DNA of 64,000 bases from Octopus bimaculoides (Eukaryota). Of the stretch, positions 12,314-26,177 are shown piece by piece. Position 1 is the stretch's first letter, and each line of letters begins with the position of its first letter. The notes under the pieces were generated by a model. It was not told where the DNA came from and did no database searches. It saw only the letters and a list, made by a program, of their open reading frames with translations. Location of the stretch: the NCBI RefSeq assembly GCF_001194135.2, contig NC_068983.1, positions 9,418,542 to 9,482,541 of the forward strand. The letters run 5' to 3'. The translations under genes were made by a program, and so were the position numbers.

Positions 12314-14659
12314 CGTATGTTCCCATCTAAAACGTTTCCTACCCCACACTTAGAATTTGCCCTTCGTTGAATAGATCCGCCGGAGCCGATGTAAGGGAGT
12401 TGGCCCCCTGCCGCTTCCACCGCGGACATTTATATTTTGTATATTTTTTGCTTGTAAAACAACTGACCGTTACGCATTTTTTCCTCTAGTTCTCTAGTTG
12501 TAGAGATGTTATGTGTTCTCAAGCATTTGAGTCTGACGAGTCACCTATGCTGTCGAGCGTTCAATAGGTGTGAAATCAATTATCCCTCTATGAACTGCCA
12601 TAACTTTTGACTTCCTAAGGTGTATATATATATATATATATATNNNNNNNNNNNNNNNNNNNNNNNNNNNNNNNNNNNNNNNNNNNNNNNNNNNNNNNNN
12701 NNNNNNNNNNNNNNNNNNNNNNNNNNNNNNNNNNNNNNNNNNNNNNNNNNNNNNNNNNNNNNNNNNNNNNNNNNNNNNNNNNNNNNNNNNNNNNNNNNNN
12801 NNNNNNNNNNNNNNNNNNNNNNNNNNNNNNNNNNNNNNNNNNNNNNNNNNNNNNNNNNNNNNNNNNNNNNNNNNNNNNNNNNNNNNNTATATATATATAT
12901 ATATATATGATTATATCAAGAGAGCAAGGACTAAAACGACCTGTCTCCAGCACGCTTGAAGTGCCTATACCGTCAAAAAACTACCAGAAACTCCAGATAA
13001 ATATACACATAACTGAGGGCGGGCTAGTGAGAGAAAATTGAAAAGACCTCACGTTAACTGTGATTTGGTTCCAATTTCTGGATTAAAGCAAAAAATTAAC
13101 CTTCTTCCTTCGTCAACACAATACACGGGGAAAATATAAGTCCAAACAACTGTACATACCGTCCAAAGCATGTTCTCACGCCTACACTCAATTATTTGCA
13201 CATATAGAATCAAGGAAAGCCAATCTTAAATCTCCTCACGACAGGACAGTCAACATGTATATTATAAGAATAGTCAAGCAGTAAATGCTATTCCGGTCAA
13301 GAGTAAAAATAGTTTAATTATTTTATTTTAATTATTTATTAATTCATTTTAGAATACAAAGATAAAAATCACGTTAATGATTTTTATCAAGTAGTCAGCA
13401 TGCTATAGAAATATGTAGGCAATTTATACATTAAATTAGTAATAATGTGCATATGTATATAATTATATCAAAGGAGCAAGGGCGAAAACGAAGTGCCGAT
13501 ACCTTCAAAAAACTACCAGAAACTGTATGTGTGTGTATTTAAATGCGCATACCCACATATAAAGAACGTATATGTTCACAAAAGGAGAGACTGCGAAGGG
13601 GAGAAAGTGTTAAATACGTATAATGATATGTATGTAAAGTATACGTTAGTAAGACGTTGGATAGATATACTAATCAATAATCGGATAAATCAATAAATAT
13701 ATTTACTGAAACACAAATAGAAAGGTAGAGAGGTTTGTAAGTTAGGTACATAAGTATATGGTATAGGCTGATTAAGTAGGGAGGTAAGTAGATAGATATA
13801 TTCCCTCATTGATTATATATATAAGAGAATTTTCTTGTCATTCTTCTGACATTACTTTGACATTTATATGCACATTTTCGACAAGTATTAAGCCATATAA
13901 TTAAAAGTTCGAAATTTTTAGGAGCTGTCCAAAGAATTATGTAACTTTCTTATAAGTTTTCGGTGTTGTTTCTCAATGTTGTAGGCATTTCCTGTTTGTG
14001 ACATTCTCGGGAGTATTGCAATAGCTGTATGTTACAATAACCTCGGAGTATGTGACTGTGGTTAATTACCAGATTTGGTAGAGTGGCAACGGCCATGCCT
14101 TACAGTATATAACTAGTCCGTCTATGGATCTGCCAAACCATCATTTCATTTTAAATTTCGAAACTAATAAAATAAGTACACATATGTAATGAGGTCGGTA
14201 TCATCAGCGTAAGTATGGCGATGCTACAAATTCAATGCCGGTACTGTCTGCACTGTAGCTTTACCGTTTCATTTTTATTAAACCTTTTCAGATAATAAGT
14301 CCAGTTTCCTGGATTCCATGGCGTAAAGACAACGAAGTTACAATGTACCCATAAGCCGTTGGCAGGCCGTTGCAAGGTTGAACGTCAGTAATGAAGAGGA
14401 GAAGGAAGAAGCCAATTACACAGACCCCAGTGGCCATCAACTGTCGTTTGTGCATAGACTGTCCTTCGGATACCTTTAGCAGAGTCCACTTTATTGCAAG
14501 AATACGGACCATCTCTGCGGTCTGGGTATTGCTCGATATTTTATTTTGTCTTAGCAGTTTCCCAGCTTCGGTGTTCCGACAAAGTGCGTATTGAGGATAC
14601 GTAGACTAATTTCAAAGTTTAAAGATGTTGCAATGTAAAATATATACTAACTCACAATA

Positions 14660-16443
14660 TCTATACTATATATAAAACAGAGATGTGTGTGTAATCGCTT
14701 ATCACGTGCAAACGGCTTCACCATTTACTTCCATACTTGTGATGCATGAATAATTTGACCTCGGATAAATGTTAGGCTCTTCATTTGATTTTGTTTTATT
14801 AAAAATAAATAATATTGCTTTATATTTAAGATTCACTTCTTTAAAAAGGTTTCTCAATGTCAACTTCCGGTATGGACATGACAAAAACGGCGACGTCTCT
14901 CACTCTACTTTTAATGTTCGCTTTCTGTAAACAACTACGATCAATTACTGAAAAACATATTTACGAAGTTCATAAATTTAAATATTCCGTACAAGATAGT
15001 TTTTAACGTGCTTTTATTTATACGATTTTTGGGCGTTCCATGTTCATCTCNNNNNNNNNNNNNNNNNNNNNNNNNNNNNNNNNNNNNNNNNNNNNNNNNN
15101 NNNNNNNNNNNNNNNNNNNNNNNNNNNNNNNNNNNNNNNNNNNNNNNNNNNNNNNNNNNNNNNNNNNNNNNNNNNNNNNNNNNNNNNNNNNNNNNNNNNN
15201 NNNNNNNNNNNNNNNNNNNNNNNNNNNNNNNNNNNNNNNNNNNNNNNNNNNNNNNNNNNNNNNNNNNNNNNNNNNNNNNNNNNNNNNNNNNNNNNNNNNN
15301 NNNNNNNNNNNNNNNNNNNNNNNNNNNNNNNNNNNNNNNNNNNNNNNNNNNNNNNNNNNNNNNNNNNNNNNNNNNNNNNNNNNNNNNNNNNNNNNNNNNN
15401 NNNNNNNNNNNNNNNNNNNNNNNNNNNNNNNNNNNNNNNNNNNNNNNNNNNNNNNNNNNNNNNNNNNNNNNNNNNNNNNNNNNNNNNNNNNNNNNNNNNN
15501 NNNNNNNNNNNNNNNNNNNNNNNNNNNNNNNNNNNNNNNNNNNNNNNACACACACTCACACATACGTACAAGAAATGTATGACTATTTATGTATGTACGT
15601 ATAATTGTCGACACACCCCTTCACTGGCTCTGTATCTCTCTCTCTCTCTCTCTCTCTGTCTCTGTCTCTCTCTCTCTCTGTCTCTGTCTCTCTCTCTCTC
15701 TGTCTGTCTCTCTCTCTCTCTCTCTCACACACACACGCGCCCGCGCGCATACACACGTGTGTCTTTCTAAATATGTTCGTATACATTTATGTATGTGTGT
15801 GTTTGTAAGAGACAGAGTGTGAGTGAGTCAAGGGGTGTGTTGTCATATGCATCCATCATATTTGGATGTATGTGTGCGTGTGTATGTGTGTGAGACAGAG
15901 TGAGAGAGCGGTGTGTATGTAGTATTTACTCTCTCTCTCTCTCTCATACACACGCACACACACACACACACACACACAAAGATGTATGCATATTTATGCA
16001 TGTACGTATACATGACATCAAACCTCTCTCTCTCACTCTCTCTCTCTCTCTCTTTCTCTCTCTGTCACACACGCACACACACACACGTCCATTTCATCTG
16101 ATGTGTGATACTTTGTGTGTGTGCGTGCTCGTGCGTGTGTGCTTTCGTGCGTGCGTGAGGGGTTCCACAATCGCAATTTATTTCAATTACTCTTGTGAGG
16201 ATATTCACGTAAATCATTCTTTTCATTTAATCCCCATTTTAATTTTCGTTAAAGTTTCCAAGTACCAATGAGGGTTTTTGGCGCATCTTCAATTTTCCAA
16301 TTCATGAGAGGTGCCCAGTCATCATTCATCTGAGAGTCCATCTACAGAATGTCCTCAGATTTCTATAGAGCATATTTTGCTTTTTTCCTTCCAGTATATA
16401 AGCAACAATTTCATTCCCGGGCAACGCCGGGTTGCTCTGCTAG
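14660..16443 (+). mobile_element. Probable non-autonomous Helitron
   Basis: 5' A|TCTATACTATATATAAAA at 14659/14660; 3' hairpin cccgg-gcaacg-ccggg (16416-16431) then CTAG|T at 16440-16444. A gap lies between the ends, so their pairing is inferred. Confidence 0.65.
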
Positions 16444-16834
16444 TATATGATAAAATTAAGCTTTCAAATATTCTATAGTCTTCAGGAATAGTAAACATAT
16501 TTTTTAAGTCGATTTTTTTTTCTAATCTGATTCAAAATAAAATATCAATAGAACCGTTTCAACTGTCTCATTAAATAAATGCTTAAACCTTTTATACGCT
16601 AGGAGAGTGACAGTGCTTCCTCGCCAACTAGTGACATAGTATTAGAGGGTTCAAGCGCTTCAGAAAAGTTGGATAACATAGGACGACTATTTCTTGACAA
16701 AGCCGATAGTCACAAATTTATAACTGAATTTGCTGTTAACTAAAGCACATGTAGCTGCATGCTCCATTAAATTTTATCCCCCACTTAAGAGACATAGCTA
16801 AATTTTGGGCAACCATCTTTATCGTGGTATTCTC

Positions 16835-17010
16835 CTACCTGGACGGGACGCTTGTCCATCGCAGGTTTATTCATTTTAACCAGCTTAGAGAACTGAAGCT
16901 GCGTGGAATGAAGAGTTTTTCTCAACAATGCAATGGACTGCCCGGTCCAGGAATTGAAACCATAATCTTACGATCGTAAGTCCAACGCCCCAACCACTAC
17001 CCCACGCGTC
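16835..17010 (-). mobile_element. tRNA-derived SINE, family D (CORE-like), degenerate
   Basis: Reverse complement: gacgcgtgggg.tagtggttggggcg..gatcgtaagattatggtttcaattcctggaccgggc..cctgcgatggac; homologous to 44893. Confidence 0.8.
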
Positions 17011-18011
17011 GGAGGAACTGAGACACCGGCTTTATGCGCCTTAGGGATTGGTGTGGACTAATCATCTTCATAAATCGTTTACTGACATTCTTTTGTGTTG
17101 TCTTGCCGTCTTTGATCATTGCAACCTGCTTCTTAGCCGCAGAATAGAAAACTTAGGGAACCTCGTTGTGTCACTGTTTAGAACAAGTGTCAGGTCTAAT
17201 GTCTCCCTCTTTGCCACCAGCTTCAGTGAACCCGTAAAAGTTCACTTGTTCCATTCTTCATCATCGAAATAAAACATTAGACAAATCGACTGTTTTCCTC
17301 TTCTCGAAATTACTGTCTTGAACTAATGTTAAGAATGTGTATTAGAACATGGCGTCGAATAAGAAACGGAGATACCTTGACTATATATATAAGTGTGTGT
17401 GTGTGTGTGCGACCGCGTGTGTGTATTCAGAGTGTCTATTACAGTTCGTTTACACAGCAAGTTCAAACCCCGCTGATATCGATTTTTAGTTTCATCACTA
17501 ACCTCCCCGTGTTTGATGGATAATTATCAACAAGAGCAACGTACTAATCATAAGTCAAACGATTATGTATATATATATATATATGCTATGAATATATATA
17601 TATATATATATATAAATACTATGAATATATATATATATANNNNNNNNNNNNNNNNNNNNNNNNNNNNNNNNNNNNNNNNNNNNNNNNNNNNNNNNNNNNN
17701 NNNNNNNNNNNNNNNNNNNNNNNNNNNNNNNNNNNNNNNNNNNNNNNNNNNNNNNNNNNNNNNNNNNNNNNNNNNNNNNNNNNNNNNNNNNNNNNNNNNN
17801 NNNNNNNNNNNNNNNNNNNNNNNNNNNNNNNNNNNNNNNNNNNNNNNNNNNNNNNNNNNNNNNNNNNNNNNNNNNNNNNNNNNNNNNNNNNNNNNNNCTA
17901 TATTGGTGACTAAATATATTTTTATTATTCAATTGTTTGTCACTTGTTGATTACTAGATACGGACGGACGTATATATACATTCAATACATATATATGTAT
18001 GTATATATATA

Positions 18012-18062
<51 letters not shown>

Positions 18063-18067
18063 TAGAG

Positions 18068-18105
<38 letters not shown>

Positions 18106-18765
18106 ATATTCTATAATTATAACTAAAGTAAGTTTTAGAATTATTCTATGTAGCGGAAATCACCCTATAAAGAGCGATTTGCATCAAAATTTTATTCCTG
18201 TAGAGATATTTTACATTTAACTGTAGATGTCATTATATATTATCATTATTATCATTATTATTATCAATATTATTATTATTATGGTTATTATTATTATTGT
18301 GTTGTGGGTTGTTATTGTTGTTTATTGATGTTGTTGTTGTTAATTCTACACTTCTATTAAATTAGAGTTATTTCATCGAAGCAGAAATATCGAATAAGAA
18401 GCAGTAGTAACTTTATTGTTACAATAGAGAAAATAAATATATCAGCGTATGAATGTAGAGGTGTATATGTGTGTGCGCGCGCACGTGTGTATGTATGTGT
18501 GTGCGTGTGTGTGTGTGTGTGTGTTGTATTGTCTCTTTTGAGATATTTGGAAATAACAGAAATCGTGAATTACCATCTTAATATGAAAAAAAGAAACACA
18601 TTTTATACGGAATTTTTTGCGACATACACACTCACATGCTCTCAAACGGACATACACACGCACAAATATCTGTGCATGTACGTGTATGCGTATATATATA
18701 CATACCACGCACTTATATAAATGCACAGATATATATACAGATATATATATATATATATATGTGTG

Positions 18766-18821
<56 letters not shown>

Positions 18822-18868
18822 TATACACACACATATACACACATATATATATACATATGTATACATAC

Positions 18869-18945
<77 letters not shown>

Positions 18946-20277
18946 NNNNNNNNNNNNNNNNNNNNNNNNNNNNNNNNNNNNNNNNNNNNNNNNNNNNNNN
19001 NNNNNNNNNNNNNNNNNNNNNNNNNNNNNNNNNNNNNNNNNNNNNNNNNNNNNNNNNNNNNNNNNNNNNNNNNNNNNNNNNNNNNNNNNNNNNNNNNNNN
19101 NNNNNNNNNNNNNNNNNNNNNNNNNNNNNNNNNNNNNNNNNNNNNNNNNNNNNNNNNNNNNNNNNNNNNNNNNNNNNNNNNNNNNNNNNNNNNNNNNNNN
19201 NNNNNNNNNNNNNNNNNNNNNNNNNNNNNNNNNNNNNNNNNNNNNNNNNNNNNNNNNNNNNNNNNNNNNNNNNNNNNNNNNNNNNNNNNNNNNNNNNNNN
19301 NNNNNNNNNNNNNNNNNNNNNNNNNNNNNNNNNNNNNNNNNNNNNNNNNNNNNNNNNNNNNNNNNNNNNNNNNNNNNNNNNNNNNNNNNNNNNNNNNNNN
19401 NNNNNNNNNNNNNNNNNATATATATATATACATATATATCTGTACAATTGGAATTTATTCTATTGTGTTCAACTACCGTAAAGTCTATTACAAGAATACA
19501 CAACAGCTTGAAATGTTTACACAACCCATTCTATTATATTGTACTTCATTGTAATGCATTGTCTATTAAGAAATGTTTGAATTCTTGCTTGTTACATGAA
19601 TGAGCATAAAACCACAGCGTGAGCGCTTCACTATACATGTTGTATATATTCATATTAAATCACTGTCGCTCAGGCGGTGCATTATCTGGCAAAATCGTTA
19701 GAGCTATGGATAAAAAGCTTTTGATATTCAGTTCAAATGCCAGCGAGGTCAATTTTGCAATTATTATCCCCCACCGCTAAGAACAGCAGCACTAATTGAT
19801 AATGAAATTTTTACTCTTTTTGTATTGTTATAATGCAACTGAAGAAGGTAAAGGCAGACCTGACCGGAGTAAAAGTCAGCGGTTTGTATATTGTTACAGA
19901 ATGATGTTTGCAATCTTATCTGTATGAAAATATATTTAACGCAAATCTGAATACATAGATGTGAGCTGTATGTAGAGTCATTTATAACTGCGGAGTGTGT
20001 CATTGAGAGGCGTTGCTGAAATGAAAATCGTATATAGCTTTAGAAAGAGTTACAGAAAATTCTTCCAGATTTCAAAGGCGAATAGTGTAGTGACAGAATA
20101 GCGGAAATTGTTGAATATATATATATGTGTATGTGTGTGTGTATGTTTATGTGTGCGTTTGTGTGTGGGTGGGTGTAATATATATATTAAACAGTATGTA
20201 CTGGAAAGTTACACATGTGCTTTAAACTGGTATCGTTTCTTTTCCTAATTCTCTTTTCTTGCTTATTTCTTTCTTAC

Positions 20278-20457
20278 CCTACTTTGATGAAAGGTTCATC
20301 GGATCGATAATCTACTTTTCCTGTTGAAATATTCATGCCATATCCTAATGGATCGAAAACCTTCAAGTTATGTTCAGCCGGAAAATCGCATATTATTTTT
20401 AGATCTAAGACTTCCACCAAATTGTTGAATTCCAGACCAGAAATTTTCAGCAAACGC
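20278..20457 (-). CDS. Candidate internal coding exon (180 nt, phase 2-2)
   Basis: Acceptor ttgactatatgcag|, donor AGG|gtaaga, length a multiple of 3, open frame RLLKISGLEFNNLVEVLDLKIICDFPAEHNLKVFDPLGYGMNISTGKVDYRSDEPFIKV; family not recognised. Confidence 0.45.
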
Positions 20458-21008
20458 CTGCATATAGTCAAGTTTCATTTGTCGAACTGAGAAACACCAC
20501 CATCTTCGGATTGAGCAGCTGTATCATAGACTTTAGACCCATTCCGTTGATTCTACACCATACAGCTTTACGGCTCTACAGTGAAAGGGGACATAACTTT
20601 AATTTTTCGTCTTTCTTTCATTCCTTTCTTGCGTTTTATTTTTTTAACCATTCCAACGTTTGATCACACCTTCATCTCGTTTTGTCTTTTGATTTCTCTT
20701 GTTCTATCTCCGCCTCTGAAAGATGTATTATAATTACCAAACGTCAATTAATACTCAAGTTTCAAGAATTTCCCCAACGTTGACACGCCAATAATGCAAA
20801 GGACATGTGTCTTGTCTAAAGATAAAAGGACAGCGGTTGATGATAAGTGTTTCTAGCTGAATAGGCGTCATTAGCTCAGCAAATTACTGACCTATATTCG
20901 AGTAGCCAATAGCGATATATTCAAAAGACAGCACAGCACATTTCTGGCCAACGTACTTTGTACAGGGAATGTTTACGCGTGCACGCGTGTGAATATGCAT
21001 CTGTGTGG

Positions 21009-21009
<1 letters not shown>

Positions 21010-21102
<93 letters not shown>
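21010..21102. repeat. (GT)n microsatellite, representative of many (e.g. 327-388, 38476-38557, 45160-45218)
   Basis: Direct inspection. Confidence 0.98.
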
Positions 21103-21105
<3 letters not shown>

Positions 21106-21577
21106 GATAAATAATTGGTATGTATGCGTTTCAAAGTGTACTTCTTAAACCAGCGAAATAAACAATGCATTTGTTACAATTACGCTCAACAAGTTCTTGA
21201 AATGAATTAAATAATTGAAAGTAAAACAATATATCAGTGAAACGCTGAAGATATATTCAAGATGTCCAAATAAAAACTAGTTACTGTGTAAATATGGTTA
21301 TACCTTTGATCAACACATACACATAAGTACGCATTAACAATCACGGATATATATGCATCTGTTCGTGTGTATGTGTAAGTTTGTATGTATGATGACTTCT
21401 AAATAGTCTATTTAGTTCCAGAGTATTCTATTTACAATAGTTATTTGAAGTGTCAGTCTTGGATGTATCCTCATTACAAGCCAGAGGCTTCACCGCTCTT
21501 AATCTTTGTCGCATTGTCTTTTTGCAGAGTAGAGGAATATACATATAAGTGCGCGCACACGCACACACGCACACACA

Positions 21578-21653
<76 letters not shown>

Positions 21654-22582
21654 AACTCATACATACATACAAATACGCGCGTATACACGTGTACATACTT
21701 ATATATGCATAAGTAAATACAAATATATATATATATATATAGAAATATATACACACACACAAAAAAACACACATATATATTTACGTGTCTAACTTAGCTC
21801 CTTAAACGCAACGGTATCCTGAGAAATGCCTCAACACATTGTGATCAGCTTCTACATAATTTTTTTGTTGTATGATTATAGCTCGAAGGCATTATCTTTC
21901 TTGTTTCAATGTTTCTGATGGTTTTCTTGTTGCTTTTTTCTGCTTCTCCCGCATTCTTTCATTTCTTTTCTCTGTTTTTCTTCACGCTTTCTTTCTCTTT
22001 CTCCTTCTCTGTCGCCATCTTTTGGTGATTCTTTGTAATTGAAGTACCATCTTATCGTGTTAAACGATTTTCATTCTTTACTTCAAAAATCGTTTTATTT
22101 TCTCGCTTTACTCCTTGTGATGACAGAATTTTTGCAGCTTCAGTTTTATTTATTGTATTTATTTATTCTTTCGATTTGATCCGAAGTTCTATTACTAGAC
22201 GTTACAAAAGTTATTTCTCCAACTGTATTCATACATAATCTCTTCATATCGCTTAGAAACGTAATACTGAAGAGAAACCTCATCGAAGTAAATCCTGCTT
22301 TAGTTATCTATAAAATTACTCGAATTTTTCGTTTAGAAATTGTGTTTGTATTCATAAAAGATTTTACGTTTTATTCTAGTCGAATTTAATAGAAAGTTGC
22401 TCAAATCAAAATCCTACATCAAATACATTATTCTTATTCAGTTTATTTGCATATCCAGAAAGGTGTGAGAATCCGTTCCATGAGGTGGGTTGACTTGCAT
22501 GAAATAGCATTTAAATCTTCCCGAATTCAAATCCTGCCATCTTAAAAATCTTCTTTTCTTTCTATCCTTGTCTTTCATATTC

Positions 22583-22785
22583 CACTCGTTTCAGACAGTG
22601 GATCGTGGCCCTGCCGGGGCACGGATCTTGAAGGGTTTTGGTGGAACATATCGACCACAATACTTCTGGTTTAATTAACTGTAAGTTTAGTACATATTCT
22701 ATCCGGCTCTTTGCCGAACCTTTAAGCTATGGAAATGTAAACAAATCAAAACAGATGGTCCAGCGGTGACGGAGAGGCAAACACA
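22583..22785 (-). mobile_element. Decayed 3' half of a family A SINE
   Basis: tttcag..tagtac.tattctatc.g.ctctttgccgaacc..taag motifs shared with 43051. Confidence 0.6.
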
Positions 22786-22809
22786 CATATAAACACACAC
22801 ACATATATA

Positions 22810-22857
<48 letters not shown>

Positions 22858-22950
22858 AAAATTTATAAAAACATGTGTGACATNNNNNNNNNNTATATAT
22901 ATATATATATATATATATATACGTAACATATGGTATAATTATAAACATGC

Positions 22951-22988
<38 letters not shown>

Positions 22989-24289
22989 AATATAATATAG
23001 TAACAATGAACACGGCGATTAGTACATCTACACATTTCTATATCATTATTTCTACACTCCATTACAGTATATTTGATTGAAATTTATTTGTCCGACGCAC
23101 GTTTCTGCTGCACAGATATCTGGCAATTTTGTTTGCATCCAGTTAAAAGTAACTATTCATTAGTTTATTCACCTATATTCAAGGTCCACTTACTGACGTG
23201 GATTGAAGTTTCGTTTCACGAATTTGATTTCAGAACGTAAAAGTGTCGTACTTAAGTTTCATATTGAATTCTGCGCGACGCTCTAACGATACAATTAGCG
23301 ACGACGATTTCAAGTATTGTTACTGTAAATGCTGATTTCAGACAAGTGAAGTTATCGAAGTATTTTTATCGAACACACTTGAGTAAAAAAAAAAAATGAT
23401 GAAATTTTCTGAGCTGCTCTAGAAATCAGTGGATGAAAGAATGAAAGAACTAACGATTACTAAATTTAAAATCAAATCATGATTAATGCTTTGCTGCATT
23501 TCTGGATATCAGCACATTTTATCAAGTCATGAACTGAAAATGATTTTGTCCCTCTACTATACGATTTGAAATCTGTACACATGTGTTAGCAATAGATTAT
23601 AACACTTCAACGTCTTCATCAAGATTGATGACGAGCAAAGACTCAGAAACATGTCTCTGGATGCAGGCTTAGCTGGGCGGAAGTGCTTGCCTCCCCCTTG
23701 TAAACATAAGGCCACAGGAAGCGGTGCAGTTTCCTAGGTCTAACCAACAGTAGTATTATTCCCTTCAGGGGACTGTCACATTAAGTTGACAGCATACAAC
23801 TACTTCATCGTATCACTACTGCATAAATCTCTTTGAGAGATTTAGAAATGTATTATTTCTAAAGTTTTCATCAAGATTTGGTAATGCAGAGCTAAAAGTC
23901 GGCCATAAGATCGAGCATTATCAAATGGGTATGGAAGTAGAAAGACATGAAAACACTAACACGTGTAAGGAATGCATTATTATAAAAAGTTGCAATTACA
24001 GTTTACATGATGTACTCAAGTTGTATCTTTACAATTGTTTCGGACAATCAATGGCAGATTAATATAAACATATATATTAAGGGAAGAAGTGAGATATTGA
24101 ATAAATGCTGTAAGTATAGCAAAAATCAAATAAAATATATCTAAATTAGTTGTTCGTTTTAACGATCTATCTTCATCGCACTGCTAGGTATTGTTACCTA
24201 AACATGGACATTGTTTTTGAAGCGGTAGTAAAAAGAAAAGGCGTAGACCCATATACACACACATATACACAATCACACATACAGCGAAG

Positions 24290-24400
24290 AAGACTGGTGC
24301 AACATGAAGTGTAGTGCCTTGCTCAAGGTCGCAACTCGTCAACCGAAGCAAAAATTTGACCTGCGACATTACGATCACGACCGGGACATCGCAATCACTT
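24290..24400 (-). mobile_element. Degenerate family D SINE fragment
   Basis: ctggtgcaacatgaagtg..ccttgctcaagg..caac..ttacgatcacga, the reverse complement of the family D head and core. Confidence 0.55.
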
Positions 24401-24740
24401 AGAAATTACTTTCATACATAGGAGTAAAGGGAGAAACTTGTCCAAAGTACCATGCAGTCATACTGAACTCGGATGCTCGTTGTTGCGAAAGAACTACTTA
24501 ATTATTACTGTAATTACACTTAATTACTGCTACTGAACTACATTATTATAAAACAAATATAGCATTTTGAAATATATATATGTGTGTGTGAGTACATATA
24601 TATGTGAGTACGTGCGGGTATGGGTCTGTTTGAGTATTTATGTATATGTATATATACACATAAATATATGAATATATATATACTTATATATATATATATA
24701 CATATATCCATAAATATATGAATATATATACCTATATATA

Positions 24741-24771
<31 letters not shown>

Positions 24772-25756
24772 NNNNNNNNNNNNNNNNNNNNNNNNNNNNN
24801 NNNNNNNNNNNNNNNNNNNNNNNNNNNNNNNNNNNNNNNNNNNNNNNNNNNNNNNNNNNNNNNNNNNNNNNNNNNNNNNNNNNNNNNNNNNNNNNNNNNN
24901 NNNNNNNNNNNNNNNNNNNNNNNNNNNNNNNNNNNNNNNNNNNNNNNNNNNNNNNNNNNNNNNNNNNNNNNNNNNNNNNNNNNNNNNNNNNNNNNNNNNN
25001 NNNNNNNNNNNNNNNNNNNNNNNNNNNNNNNNNNNNNNNNNNNNNNNNNNNNNNNNNNNNNNNNNNNNNNNNNNNNNNNNNNNNNNNNNNNNNNNNNNNN
25101 NNNNNNNNNNNNNNNNNNNNNNNNNNNNNNNNNNNNNNNNNNNNNNNNNNNNNNNNNNNNNNNNNNNNNNNNNNNNNNNNNNNNNNNNNNNNNNNNNNNN
25201 NNNNNNNNNNNNNNNNNNNNNNNNNNNNNNNNNNNNNNNNNNNNNNNNNNNNNNNNNNNNNNNNNNNNNNNNNNNNNNNNNNNNNNNNNNNNNNNNNNNN
25301 NNNNNNNNNNNNNNNNNNNNNNNNNNNNNNNNNNNNNNNNNNNNNNNNNNNNNNNNNNNNNNNNNNNNNNNNNNNNNNNNNNNNNNNNNNNNNNNNNNNN
25401 NNNNNNNNNNNNNNNNNNNNNNNNNNNNNNNNNNNNNNNNNNNNNNNNNNNNNNNNNNNNNNNNNNNNNNNNNNNNNNNNNNNNNNNNNNNNNNNNNNNN
25501 NNNNNNNNNNNNNNNNNNNNNNNNNNNNNNNNNNNNNNNNNNNNNNNNNNNNNNNNNNNNNNNNNNNNNNNNNNNNNNNNNNNNNNNNNNNNNNNNNNNN
25601 NNNNNNNNNNNNNNNNNNNNNNNNNNNNNNNNNNNNNNNNNNNNNNNNNNNNNNNNNNNNNNNNNNNNNNNNNNNNNNNNNNNNNATATATTTATATATA
25701 TATATATATATATATACATATATATATACATATATACGTAGATACATACATACATG

Positions 25757-25800
<44 letters not shown>

Positions 25801-26112
25801 TGTATGAGTGCATTCATACACATATGCATACATACTTAAATCCTTACATACACACTTACAGACTAAACATTCATTCGTCTGTGCGTGTATGTGTTTTCGT
25901 TTATACAATATTTTTTGTAACTGTAATAGTCTATTTTTCACCAAACATTACTTGTGATTGAAGTACGTTTTTCGATTTTGTTTGGAGAGCATATCTTTTT
26001 TATAAAATTATTGGAGAACCATAATCCTTCGCATATTACGAAATAGAGGATGAAAAAGTTTATAAATATTAAAATGCAGACAGACACGCACTTACACACA
26101 CATATACACGCG

Positions 26113-26177
<65 letters not shown>

